From positions 556,434 to 575,605 of the forward strand of contig CBFHOE010000001.1 in NCBI GenBank assembly GCA_965657355.1: 19,172 bases of DNA, in the 5' to 3' direction. Positions 1 to 9,162 of this stretch are shown here, piece after piece (positions within the stretch are counted from its first letter, which is position 1; each line of letters opens with the position of its first letter). Made by a program: the position numbers and the translations under genes. A model generated the notes under the pieces. The model saw only the letters and a list, made by a program, of their open reading frames with translations, searched no databases and was not told the DNA's origin. The DNA is from Limisphaerales bacterium. GTDB lineage: Bacteria > Verrucomicrobiota > Verrucomicrobiia > Limisphaerales > JAJOIW01.

Positions 1-528
1 TCCTCATTGTTATCTGAAGATCCTGCGTATGCATCAAAAGCACGACTTTGGGACGCCAAGGTAAAAGACATTCATCAGTGGCTTATAGAAATAGGTTTTA
101 GAAAGCCAGTATCTTCTCCTTGGGACCATCAGAACACATCTGAAGTAGTCACATACCACCATTCTTGTCACTTGGCACATGGTCAGAAGATTGTCTCAGA
201 GCCAGTGGATATACTTAAATCAATTCCAGGAGTGGCGTATACGGAACTAGCTGAATCACAGTGGTGTTGTGGGAGCGCCGGAGTTTATAACATAACTCAG
301 CCTGAGAGCGCACAAAAGCTGCTAGACCGAAAAATGGAACACATAGCAAACACATGTGCTACTCATACCTGCACTGGTAATCCGGGATGCCAATTACAAA
401 TCCAGAATGGGGTAAAGCAAAATAAAATGGAAATGGCTGTCAATCATCCAGTTTCCCTATTGGCTAAAGCATACAGGAATGACAACAAAACAAATCAGAC
501 CCATTCACAAAAATCTTTTTCTAATTGA
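1..528 (+). CDS. glcF: (Fe-S)-binding protein, GlcF-like (glycolate/lactate oxidase iron-sulfur subunit), C-terminal CCG domain; 5'-truncated by the window edge
   Basis: Frame is open from base 1. CCG-domain motifs YHHSCHLAHGQ, WCCGSAGVYN and TGNPGCQLQI are typical of GlcF C-termini. Confidence 0.8.
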   Translation, partial: SSLLSEDPAYASKARLWDAKVKDIHQWLIEIGFRKPVSSPWDHQNTSEVVTYHHSCHLAHGQKIVSEPVDILKSIPGVAYTELAESQWCCGSAGVYNITQPESAQKLLDRKMEHIANTCATHTCTGNPGCQLQIQNGVKQNKMEMAVNHPVSLLAKAYRNDNKTNQTHSQKSFSN

Positions 529-1796
529 GGTATGTGTTTTAGGCGAAGCGAATGGAGTCCACATGTAGTAATGAGTTTAGAAATTATGGCTTTGGATTCT
601 TCTTCAGCCAACCCCACACCATTTTTGTAAGTGGTCAATTTTGGATCAAAGATCCAGCTTTTCTCAATATCGCCAGAGAGAATAGACAACATTTTTTTAG
701 CAAATTCAGAAGTGGACCAATTTCCTGATTCCATGAAATTTTGAATCTCAGTGGCCCTCCGTCGCCCATGGTCATTTTGAGTACAAAGACTTCTTACCGT
801 GTCATGTAAATTATCTGGATGGCACATTGTGGTTGGGGGCAGTTCGTTGGTTTCCATAATGGACTGTATACATTGCCAACCATAACCTCCAACAATAGGC
901 ATTTTACCAAAAAATGCTGCTTCAGCGGCGAAACCCGCTAAAGGAGTATCGCTGTAAAGTTGGTCGATGACGAAATCACATTTTTCCAGCTCACTTATAA
1001 TAGTCTCTCTTGAAACTCCGGTTTTTATAATGAGCTCAGCATTTAATTCCCTTAAGGTTTCCGGATTGAGAATTCGTTTAATTTTTTCAGTCCCTTTTAT
1101 TTCCGGCTTTGATGGACAATGTAAGATTCTAATTTTTCCAATACTTTCGAAATCTTTTCCGATACTTTGTCCTTCTTTTGAAAATGACGGGGAAAATGAA
1201 TTCTTATCAATGGGAATGCCTAATTTAAAATAATTTACAAATGGGTCCTTATGAAAATGACCACATAGAGGATTTTCTATGACTAAAGATGCAGCATGAG
1301 AAAAGTTTCTTACCCGTCTGCTTTGCCTTACGATTCTCGAAGCTAGCTTTTTTACGGATTGAGTGGATCCATTTATAACGTGTTTCGCGTTTGAAGAGAG
1401 GTAGCGCGGTCTTGATGCCGACCCAACAAACATATGGACAACTCTAATACCGAGTAATCTATACAAGTAGTATTCGATTGGAAAACCAAACAACCCCTTT
1501 CCGCCGAGGTATAGACAGGAATCAATGTTAAAAATAACATAGAAAACAACACGTAACTTGATTGAAAAAATTCGCAGCTTGTTAATTAGGCTGGATTTCT
1601 TAGATAAATGAGTAATTTCATCTTTATAGATCCACTTAACTCTGGAATCATTAGGGGTTTTGGGCTGCATCTCTGTAACATGCTGTTTAAAAGCGGTTAC
1701 TTCTACACCATGATCCGCTAATGATTCACTGATACGTGTTAAGAAACCTGCAATCTCCTGAGGTCCCACGAATACAGTTTTGATTCGCTTTCTCAT
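495..1796 (-). CDS. Putative GT-B fold glycosyltransferase (GT4-like), 433 aa
   Basis: C-terminal motifs ILHCPSKPEIKGT and CDFVIDQLYSDTPLAGFAAEAAFFGKMPIV resemble the GT4-like nucleotide-sugar-binding region. It is the last gene of a glycosyltransferase operon. Confidence 0.65.
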   Translation of the reverse strand: MRKRIKTVFVGPQEIAGFLTRISESLADHGVEVTAFKQHVTEMQPKTPNDSRVKWIYKDEITHLSKKSSLINKLRIFSIKLRVVFYVIFNIDSCLYLGGKGLFGFPIEYYLYRLLGIRVVHMFVGSASRPRYLSSNAKHVINGSTQSVKKLASRIVRQSRRVRNFSHAASLVIENPLCGHFHKDPFVNYFKLGIPIDKNSFSPSFSKEGQSIGKDFESIGKIRILHCPSKPEIKGTEKIKRILNPETLRELNAELIIKTGVSRETIISELEKCDFVIDQLYSDTPLAGFAAEAAFFGKMPIVGGYGWQCIQSIMETNELPPTTMCHPDNLHDTVRSLCTQNDHGRRRATEIQNFMESGNWSTSEFAKKMLSILSGDIEKSWIFDPKLTTYKNGVGLAEEESKAIISKLITTCGLHSLRLKHIPQLEKDFCEWV

Positions 1797-1803
1797 AATC
1801 TTA

Positions 1804-2919
1804 TCAATGCCTCTGCGGTTGGATCAATTCTTTGTAAACACCAATAACGTTTTCAACCATTGCATCCAATGTGAATTCGTTTGGAACAGAGGATCGAATG
1901 TGTCCAGTTTCAAATTTATTTTGAATAAGCTCCCTCAATGCTTTTCTTAAACCCTCCACATCCTTGTTTTTGATAACAAAGCCATTTTGCCCATCGACAA
2001 CTAAATTGTTGAGTCCTTCAAATGAAGTAGCAATGACCGGAACCCCCATTGCTAACGCCTCGACCACGGTGCGCCCCATATTACCCATTTTAAGAGATGC
2101 GTTTACCACAACATTACTACAAGCATAAATGGATCTTATATCGGAAATATTTCCAGTAAAAGTAATGTGTTTTTGGACTCCCAAGTCTTCGACAAGCTTG
2201 AAGAGACTTTCCTGGTATTCCCTTTTATCCTCTCTGGTTTCGCCAACTATCAATCCCATAATATCTGGGTGGCTGTCCTTAAGTTTTGAAATCGACGATA
2301 TAAAAGTCTCGAAATCTTTCAGCCAGGTAATACGACCAACTGAGGAAACAACAAATTTCCCATTGAGCTTAAACTTATCTTTTATGCTTTGAACAGCTAC
2401 AGAATCACAATTGGCCGGATTAAAGTAATTCATATCCACCCCTCGTTGGATAATCCGTATTTTATGCTCCTCGGTATTATAATTCTTAATAATATAATTC
2501 TTAACAACTTCGCTGACACAAATGACTCTCTTGCCGTATGTCATCACTTTGCTATAGGGATTCACACTATTTAGTCCATGAACGGTTGTAACAAAAGCTG
2601 ATCTAGACGGCATCTTGCTTCTTCCTAATAAGGCTAGCCACGCTGGTATCCTGCTTCGAGCATGAATTATGTCCGGAGCTAAACTCCTAAATAGATAAGA
2701 TAATCTCCTTGCCCTAACCGGGGCAGTAAATAGGTTCTTTGAGCAAACATCGATAGTGTGGTGAATGCCGCCATGGGTGGTGATACTTTCTACTAACTTA
2801 CCACCATTAGAGGCAACGTGGCTCTCTATGCCAAGTTTTACAAATTCTCTATTGAGTTCAACAACCCCTCGTTCAACTCCACCAGAATTAAGCTCAGGTA
2901 ATAATTGTAAAACTTTCAT
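1804..2919 (-). CDS. Glycosyltransferase family 4, 371 aa
   Basis: N-terminal LNSGGVER, IIHARSR, TTVHG, ICVSE, VGRITWLKD and GRTVVEALAMGVPVIAT are GT4 signatures. Confidence 0.92.
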   Translation of the reverse strand: MKVLQLLPELNSGGVERGVVELNREFVKLGIESHVASNGGKLVESITTHGGIHHTIDVCSKNLFTAPVRARRLSYLFRSLAPDIIHARSRIPAWLALLGRSKMPSRSAFVTTVHGLNSVNPYSKVMTYGKRVICVSEVVKNYIIKNYNTEEHKIRIIQRGVDMNYFNPANCDSVAVQSIKDKFKLNGKFVVSSVGRITWLKDFETFISSISKLKDSHPDIMGLIVGETREDKREYQESLFKLVEDLGVQKHITFTGNISDIRSIYACSNVVVNASLKMGNMGRTVVEALAMGVPVIATSFEGLNNLVVDGQNGFVIKNKDVEGLRKALRELIQNKFETGHIRSSVPNEFTLDAMVENVIGVYKELIQPQRH

Positions 2920-2920
2920 T

Positions 2921-4000
2921 CTACGATCTCTTACCTTCTGAAGGTGTAAAGTTAAGGTTTCGCATTATGGCATGTCTTGATTTAATACCGTATCTTTCTA
3001 TGTAGTATCCCAAACTTGATAGTACGTTACTATCACGGGCACTCCTCCGACTCTTTAAAACAAATTTAGTCCCATTTGATATCCCTGCGTCCACTCTTGG
3101 TTGTGATTGTATTATGTCAGCCACTACTGCAAAAAAATTATATTTTTCAATTACTAATTTTCGAGCTTCACATATTGCCGAAAATCTTTTTTCATATTCA
3201 TTTCCACTTAACGCCGACTTTATAATCTCGATCGACTCATCCACTTTATAGGGGTCGATTTTTATGATTGAATCGCTTGGAAAATATTCATCGACATTCG
3301 AGCATCCGTAATACAAAGGCAGAGTATGTCCTAGAAACGAATCAGCCAATTTTTCGGACCAATGATGTAAACCGGAAAAATTTTCAATGACGACGTGGTA
3401 TTTGTATGAATCTAAAGCTTCCGCCTTGTCTTCAATTTCCCTGACACCTCGGCCAAATACATCTAATTCAGGCAAATGCGCTTTTAGTTTTTGGGTAAAC
3501 GCATATCGCGCGGCATGAACAGTATTTTTCTGTTTTTTTTGGGAGCAAACTGTTGATATTACGCGGGTTTTGTCAGTGGGAGGGTTATTCTTTATCTGAT
3601 CAAATGATTTCATTGAACGTGATCCTATTCCATAAAACCAACGGTATCCACATTGAGAATGTATGGCATTTTGATGTTTGATAGCCCACGGCTCTTGAGT
3701 TGTTAAAACAATTCCAAACTGATCTGTATACCTCTTTCCATAAACTTTTATCGTTGATGGCTCACTAGTTATCAGAAGGGTGTTATTTCTTGGACACTTT
3801 AATAATTCCTTTCGCCTCGAAAATCTTTCTGTGTTTTCAGGCGGAAGATCATCATAGACCACAAGCCAGTCGTATTCCGTGTAATCTTTATCGAATATAA
3901 ATTCAACATCTCCCCATTTAGGCTTTCCTTCCGGAAACTGACGCAGCCAGAGAGCGTCACCATTTGCGCTCCTGCCTCGATAAAGAAATTTAACCTTCAT
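2921..4000 (-). CDS. Glycosyltransferase family 10 (alpha-1,3/4-fucosyltransferase-like), 359 aa
   Basis: Contains the GT10 motif YKYHVVIEN...HWSEKLADSFLGHTLPLYYG, plus ITSEP and LDVFGRG. Confidence 0.82.
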   Translation of the reverse strand: MKVKFLYRGRSANGDALWLRQFPEGKPKWGDVEFIFDKDYTEYDWLVVYDDLPPENTERFSRRKELLKCPRNNTLLITSEPSTIKVYGKRYTDQFGIVLTTQEPWAIKHQNAIHSQCGYRWFYGIGSRSMKSFDQIKNNPPTDKTRVISTVCSQKKQKNTVHAARYAFTQKLKAHLPELDVFGRGVREIEDKAEALDSYKYHVVIENFSGLHHWSEKLADSFLGHTLPLYYGCSNVDEYFPSDSIIKIDPYKVDESIEIIKSALSGNEYEKRFSAICEARKLVIEKYNFFAVVADIIQSQPRVDAGISNGTKFVLKSRRSARDSNVLSSLGYYIERYGIKSRHAIMRNLNFTPSEGKRS

Positions 4001-5003
4001 CGGATACCGTATTGTTGTTTTTTATTTGATCCAAAGCACCGAGCGCATCCTTTAATTCTTCAACTAAGTCATGAGTATCCAATTTTTTGTTAGCAAATCC
4101 CAAGCTTTCCACAAAGACGTGGGCGGCTTCTTTTTCACAAAGAGAAGATATAAATCTTAGAAACTTATTAGGTTCAAATTTTTGTCTATTCATGAGAATT
4201 TCGACAAAGGCATTACCTGAAGTGACAATTTCACTAATCATGTTAGAACTATCACTTGTCACAAAAATCCTTTCACAAACCTGTGTGAAAGCTGGAATCG
4301 GATTATAACTATCCCGGCTTGAATAGACAACCATGCCGAAATGGTCTTGGTATTTTAGTAATAAATCCTCAATTCCTTTGCCCGACCTGCGGCTGGATGT
4401 GACGAACAAAGCGGTGTCGTAAGGCTTTAATTTTATAATTGCCTCAAGATTTTTTTGAAGTAACACCTTTGGTAGGTGACTTGTCTTGTTGTTGCCGCCA
4501 ATGATAATTCCCCAGCTTTTTTGATAATTTGATTGAACTCGACTATGAAGTTCATTTATGGACTGATTAATATGTTTTTCGTCTGGAACAGATATACTGA
4601 ATGGAACTTTTATTACTTTGGAATGTGCCGGCTCCTTATTCTCATATTCGGGCATTATAATAACAGAAAAACCCTTTGAAAAAATCCCAGGATTCATTAT
4701 CGCTATGGAGGGTATGTCGAGTTCTTCGCATAGAATTTTAGCAGCGTAATATGTTCTAGACCCAGCACATATGAGCAAATCGTATTTTAGGGTTAAATCT
4801 AGTTTTTCAAGCCCTCTGATTATTTTTCTATTCCTTATTTTGAGCAGTTCTAAAATGATTGAAAGTACTCTACAAAAAGGATGTGCGTATTGAATTGGTA
4901 GGACATGTGATTCCCATCCCATGATCCTGCAGAGGGATAATGATTGGTTTTGATGCCCAATCTTTCCGTCGGAGATTACTAAAGCTTTTCTCTTTCTCGC
5001 CAT
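3990..5003 (-). CDS. ELM1/GtrOC1-family protein (bacterial 'mitochondrial fission ELM1' homolog, putative GT-B)
   Basis: Family motifs ISDGKIGHQNQSLSL, LLICAG, IIGG, VTSSRR, YNP and VTSDSSNMISE. ATG is at 5003 (alternative GTG at 5006). Overlaps the downstream GT10 gene by 11 bp. Confidence 0.85.
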   Translation of the reverse strand: MARKRKALVISDGKIGHQNQSLSLCRIMGWESHVLPIQYAHPFCRVLSIILELLKIRNRKIIRGLEKLDLTLKYDLLICAGSRTYYAAKILCEELDIPSIAIMNPGIFSKGFSVIIMPEYENKEPAHSKVIKVPFSISVPDEKHINQSINELHSRVQSNYQKSWGIIIGGNNKTSHLPKVLLQKNLEAIIKLKPYDTALFVTSSRRSGKGIEDLLLKYQDHFGMVVYSSRDSYNPIPAFTQVCERIFVTSDSSNMISEIVTSGNAFVEILMNRQKFEPNKFLRFISSLCEKEAAHVFVESLGFANKKLDTHDLVEELKDALGALDQIKNNNTVSDEG

Positions 5004-5017
5004 CACCCTTGAAATAA

Positions 5018-5046
5018 AAGATAATCAATGAAAAATTGGGTGTAAA
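5018..5046 (-). promoter_or_regulatory. Putative sigma70 promoter of the glycan operon
   Basis: Minus strand reads TTTACA-N17-TATCTT, ending 14 nt upstream of the ATG at 5003 and just downstream of a terminator. Confidence 0.55.
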
Positions 5047-5082
5047 GCCAATCAAAGAGTGTGATTTTTTCATCCCAAAATA

Positions 5083-5117
5083 AAAAAGAACCCAAGATGA
5101 TTTCAGGGGTTCTTTTT
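5083..5117 (-). terminator. Intrinsic terminator after the metallophosphoesterase (potentially bidirectional)
   Basis: Inverted repeat AAAAAGAACCC / GGGTTCTTTTT with a 13-nt loop and A/T tracts on both sides, about 35 nt past the stop at 5152. Confidence 0.75.
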
Positions 5118-5151
5118 CAATGTTTTTTAGAGATAAAGCTTTTTTTGAAAG

Positions 5152-5880
5152 TTATTTACCATGTGAAAGTCGGTCAGCTAGTCGGTCAGGTAAACCCGCA
5201 GATCTAATCTTTTGCTGAGCTGTTTCGATGTCATAGTCCAAGCGCCTAAGCTCTACAGTTTTATGGTCCATGTCAAAGACACCATAAGCAGCTCTGGGGT
5301 CCTCATCACGGGGTTGCCCGACACTTCCAATATTAATAAAATATTTCTTACCGGGCTCAATATTGACTTTCTCGTATTTGCCACCACGAATTGTGCCACT
5401 TGAGTCTCTGATGAAAGCAACAGGGACATGAGTATGGCCGAAGAAGCAAACGCCTGTGTTCTGATATAAAAAACTCGATGAGGCATCTAGTTTGTTAAAA
5501 ACATATTGCCAGCTTTTTGGCTCGTCCAGTGAGGCGTGCACTATGGAAAAGGTTGTTACCAACTTAAAATACTTCAAATCTCTTAGCCATTGACGATCAT
5601 TTTCAGTTAACTGGTCTTTGGTCCAGTTGACGGCTGCCAGCGCGTGTGGATTGAAGCCAGTAGCAACTTCATCGCAAGAACAGTATTCATCATGATTACC
5701 TTTGACAACCGGCATCTGCATGTCCCTAACGATGTCTAAACATGCCTTCGGGTCAGCTCCGTATCCAACAACGTCGCCCAGACACGCATAGTGCGTGCAG
5801 CCCTGCTCCTTAGCATCTTTTAAGACAACATTTAATGCCTCTAAATTAGCGTGTATGTCAGCAATGATCGCAAATTTCAT
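5152..5880 (-). CDS. Calcineurin-like metallophosphoesterase, 242 aa
   Basis: Motifs DIHAN, GDVVGYG, GNHD, VHAS, GHTH and NIGSVGQPRD. Confidence 0.93.
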   Translation of the reverse strand: MKFAIIADIHANLEALNVVLKDAKEQGCTHYACLGDVVGYGADPKACLDIVRDMQMPVVKGNHDEYCSCDEVATGFNPHALAAVNWTKDQLTENDRQWLRDLKYFKLVTTFSIVHASLDEPKSWQYVFNKLDASSSFLYQNTGVCFFGHTHVPVAFIRDSSGTIRGGKYEKVNIEPGKKYFINIGSVGQPRDEDPRAAYGVFDMDHKTVELRRLDYDIETAQQKIRSAGLPDRLADRLSHGK

Positions 5881-5916
5881 TTAATCGTATATACAGCCCA
5901 AATTCAGGCTCTGAGC

Positions 5917-6189
5917 TTAGCCTATTATTTTAAAGCCTTTCATGGTCCCGGTTGCCTCTGCCCATGCCCAATCATATTCCCTAATGTGACTAGCAAGCTC
6001 AGACTCTAGAATACCTTGTAAAAATTCTTCTAATTCTTTTTTTTCGCCTTCTGCAATCAAATGAACTCGCCCGTCGGGTAAATTTTTGATTGTTCCTGAA
6101 ACAAAAAAGCCTGCTACCAGGGATCTGACTCTGTATCTAAATCCAACGCCTTGGACTCTTCCTGAAAAAAAGACTTCGAACCGGGACAT
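5917..6189 (-). CDS. acyP: Acylphosphatase, 90 aa
   Basis: Signature SGRVQGVGFR and G.IKNLPDGRV. Confidence 0.92.
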   Translation of the reverse strand: MSRFEVFFSGRVQGVGFRYRVRSLVAGFFVSGTIKNLPDGRVHLIAEGEKKELEEFLQGILESELASHIREYDWAWAEATGTMKGFKIIG

Positions 6190-6562
6190 TTCTAAAATTT
6201 CTGGTTCTAATGACCAGACAGTGTCGGAAATTTAATCACCTATGAGCCTCAGTTGGCAATGATTTATTCAACCGATATATAAGATTCACATTAATTGATT
6301 TATAAATCTGCTACGAATCCACTCGTATAAGGGAATACCGCATAAATCTGAAAACCTTTCATTGTTACAATAAATTAATTTAGTAGTGTTGAGGGCATTC
6401 AGTTGACTATTAGGATTGGTTTAAACCCAATAGATTCCTTTTTTTAGATTCTCCCGCGCCCGTAAGGCCTTTTTATTCTATAAATTATAAATCGTAGTTA
6501 AACGCAGCAATATGAGCTTCTGATTTCGATTAAAATGGGAATGGAAATGGGAATAAGTTTAA

Positions 6563-7543
6563 TTAAGTGATACTTTTTTTAGCTCTTCTTTTCGCGTTTA
6601 TGGCTTTTGCGATTTCATCTGCCATAGCACCGAATAAAATGATTCCACCAATCATTATAAATTCATACCTGGTCGGGATCTGAAGGATATTGATTGAGTT
6701 GTAGAGAACTCTCATAATAGCCGTGCCGAGAATAACGCCAATAATAGATCCCTCACCTCCACGAAGACTGCATCCACCAAGAACTGCTGCAGCTATTGCA
6801 TATAACTCATACCAAGCTCCAAAGGAATTCGGGGCAACAGAATTTATATACAGAGCAAACAAGATACCAGCAAACCCTGCTAAAGTGGAACTAATGAGGT
6901 AGGCCAACATCTTCATGTGATCCGTATTTATACCACTGTAACGAGCTGCATTTTCATTATTACCTAATGCAAGCAGGTATCTACCGTATTTGGTTTTAGT
7001 TAAAAAAATGTGAGCAATAATACCAAAGACCACCATAAATATGAGCGGGATTGGGATATCAAAATTATCAGAAAATGAAATTGTTCCTGTTGCCAGATAC
7101 TTTACGGAGGCGAACTGTTCTTCGCTACCGAAACTTTTTTGGTCATCTTTGGTAATAACTCGAGTGATACCCCGGTAAAGCATCATGCCGCACAAAGTCA
7201 CTACAAATGGCTGTAATTTAAGTTTAGTAATTAATAATCCATGAATTAAGCCAATCAGAACGGAAATTCCCATGACCGCTCCCATAACAACAAAAGGATT
7301 CCAATTCCACTCAACCATAAATATCGCAGTAAGTGATGCGGTAAGCGCCATCAATGAGCCTATCGATAAATCAATACCACCAGTTATGATGACAAAGGAA
7401 ACTCCGATCCCGATAATGGAGAACAAAGATGTCCACAATAAAACATTCTGGATGTTTCTGCCATTGAGGAAAGCATCCTCTCTAGATGCTGTTCCCAAAA
7501 TTATCCCAAACAGTAAAAGGGCTATTCCTAAGTTCTTTTTCAT
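6563..7543 (-). CDS. Monosaccharide ABC transporter permease (RbsC-like, CUT2 family)
   Basis: Hydrophobic protein with IITGGIDLSIGS, GNNENAARYSGIN and ELYAIAAAVLGGCSLRGGEG. Confidence 0.93.
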   Translation of the reverse strand: MKKNLGIALLLFGIILGTASREDAFLNGRNIQNVLLWTSLFSIIGIGVSFVIITGGIDLSIGSLMALTASLTAIFMVEWNWNPFVVMGAVMGISVLIGLIHGLLITKLKLQPFVVTLCGMMLYRGITRVITKDDQKSFGSEEQFASVKYLATGTISFSDNFDIPIPLIFMVVFGIIAHIFLTKTKYGRYLLALGNNENAARYSGINTDHMKMLAYLISSTLAGFAGILFALYINSVAPNSFGAWYELYAIAAAVLGGCSLRGGEGSIIGVILGTAIMRVLYNSINILQIPTRYEFIMIGGIILFGAMADEIAKAINAKRRAKKSIT

Positions 7544-7562
7544 CTATATCCTTAACAAAAAA

Positions 7563-9068
7563 TTAATTGTGTGTCTCACCTGTTTTCCTTCCGGTTGCGA
7601 GCATCATAATATTCTCCTCTGAGAATTCATCTTTAGTTAGTTCGCCGGAAATATTTCCCTCGTGCATGACAAGAAGCCTGTCGGACATACCAATAATCTC
7701 TTCCATTTCACTTGATACAAATAGGATGGCGATCCCCTCACCTGCGAGTTCGTGCATTAGCCTGTATACTTCCTGTTTTGCTCCTATATCAATTCCACGT
7801 GTGGGTTCGTCGAGCAAAAGAATTTTTGGTTTGGTAGCTAACCACTTTCCTATAACAACTTTTTGTTGGTTTCCACCACTGAGGTATTGAATAATTTGGG
7901 AAGGCCCAGACGTTTTTACTTTAAGTTTGTCAATGAGGTCTGCGCAAACGGTTCTTTCATCCGAGAAATTTATAAAGCCTGATTTTGTTTGATTTTCAAG
8001 GTATGGCAGAGTCCCGTTTTCACTCATAGACATTTCCAAGATGAGCCCATGCAATTTCCTGTCTTCTGGCACAAGTGCCAGGCCGCTATCAATAGCATCC
8101 CTAGGTGTGGATATTTTTTTGGCAGTTCCATCGATTTTTACTGTTCCCCCAATTGAACGATGAACACCAAAAAGTGACTCGATCAACTCCGTTCGTCCTG
8201 CTCCAACCAAACCGCTGATTCCAACAATCTCACCATGCTTCACGCTGAAGCTGACTGGCTTATCCGGATGTGCATATGAAAGGAAACCGTCTAATTCAAG
8301 TGCTGTATCTCCAGTCTCATGAGGTGTTCTTTGATAAAATTGGCTAATATCCCTGCCCACCATGAGTCTCACCATATTCTCATGAGAAATTTCCTCTTTT
8401 TTTAACAGTCCGGCATTCTCACCATCTCGGAGCACTAAAACCCTATCAGCTAGCTTCTCTACTTCCGCTAACCTATGGGAAATATAGATCATACTCACCC
8501 CTTCGTTTTTTAGCTGGAAAATAACCTCGTAGAGCCTTTCGGTTTCTTTAGTTGAAAGACTTGATGTGGGCTCATCAAAAATAAGTATTTTGGCATCAGC
8601 TGAAAGAGCTTTTGCAATTTCAACGAGTTGCTTTTTTCCAATAGCAAGATCCGCTATCTGCGTGTTCGCCGTGCAATTCAACCCTACCCTGTGAAGCGCT
8701 TCTTCGGATTTTTTTTGAATAACTTTCGAATTGAAAAAACCATTTTTCCCTGGCTCTCGCCCCAGAAAAATACAAGCTCCTACGGAAAGATTAGATGGGA
8801 GGTTCAACTCCTGGTGAATTAATGCAATACCCCGATGGCTGGATTTTTGAACTGATGTCAAATCAACCTGCTGGTCCCTAATAAATGTCTGACCTTTGTC
8901 ATGTGGTTGAACACCAGCAAGGATTTTCATAAGCGTAGATTTTCCCGCGCCATTCTCACCTATGACCGCTAAAATTTCGCCTTCCTCAAGATCCAATGAA
9001 ACTTCTTTTAGTGCAATGACTCCAGGGAATTTCTTCGTCATATTTTTTACACTTAAAATATTTGGCAT
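7563..9068 (-). CDS. Monosaccharide ABC transporter ATP-binding protein (RbsA-like, tandem NBD)
   Basis: Walker A GENGAGKST, IFDEPT, GLVGAGRTE, LSGGNQQK and LLDEPTRGID. Confidence 0.95.
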   Translation of the reverse strand: MPNILSVKNMTKKFPGVIALKEVSLDLEEGEILAVIGENGAGKSTLMKILAGVQPHDKGQTFIRDQQVDLTSVQKSSHRGIALIHQELNLPSNLSVGACIFLGREPGKNGFFNSKVIQKKSEEALHRVGLNCTANTQIADLAIGKKQLVEIAKALSADAKILIFDEPTSSLSTKETERLYEVIFQLKNEGVSMIYISHRLAEVEKLADRVLVLRDGENAGLLKKEEISHENMVRLMVGRDISQFYQRTPHETGDTALELDGFLSYAHPDKPVSFSVKHGEIVGISGLVGAGRTELIESLFGVHRSIGGTVKIDGTAKKISTPRDAIDSGLALVPEDRKLHGLILEMSMSENGTLPYLENQTKSGFINFSDERTVCADLIDKLKVKTSGPSQIIQYLSGGNQQKVVIGKWLATKPKILLLDEPTRGIDIGAKQEVYRLMHELAGEGIAILFVSSEMEEIIGMSDRLLVMHEGNISGELTKDEFSEENIMMLATGRKTGETHN

Positions 9069-9113
9069 CTTGGAAATTTTAAAATGGATTTCTATAAAGG
9101 GTAGAATGAAAAG

Positions 9114-9135
9114 ACGCGGATGGTCTCATCCGCGT
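9114..9135 (-). terminator. Intra-operon stem-loop (partial terminator or mRNA stabiliser) after the binding-protein gene
   Basis: Perfect 9-bp GC-rich stem ACGCGGATG / CATCCGCGT with a 4-nt loop, followed on the minus strand by CTTTTC. Confidence 0.65.
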
Positions 9136-9162
9136 TGTCTCGAAAATATATTTATCAGATAA

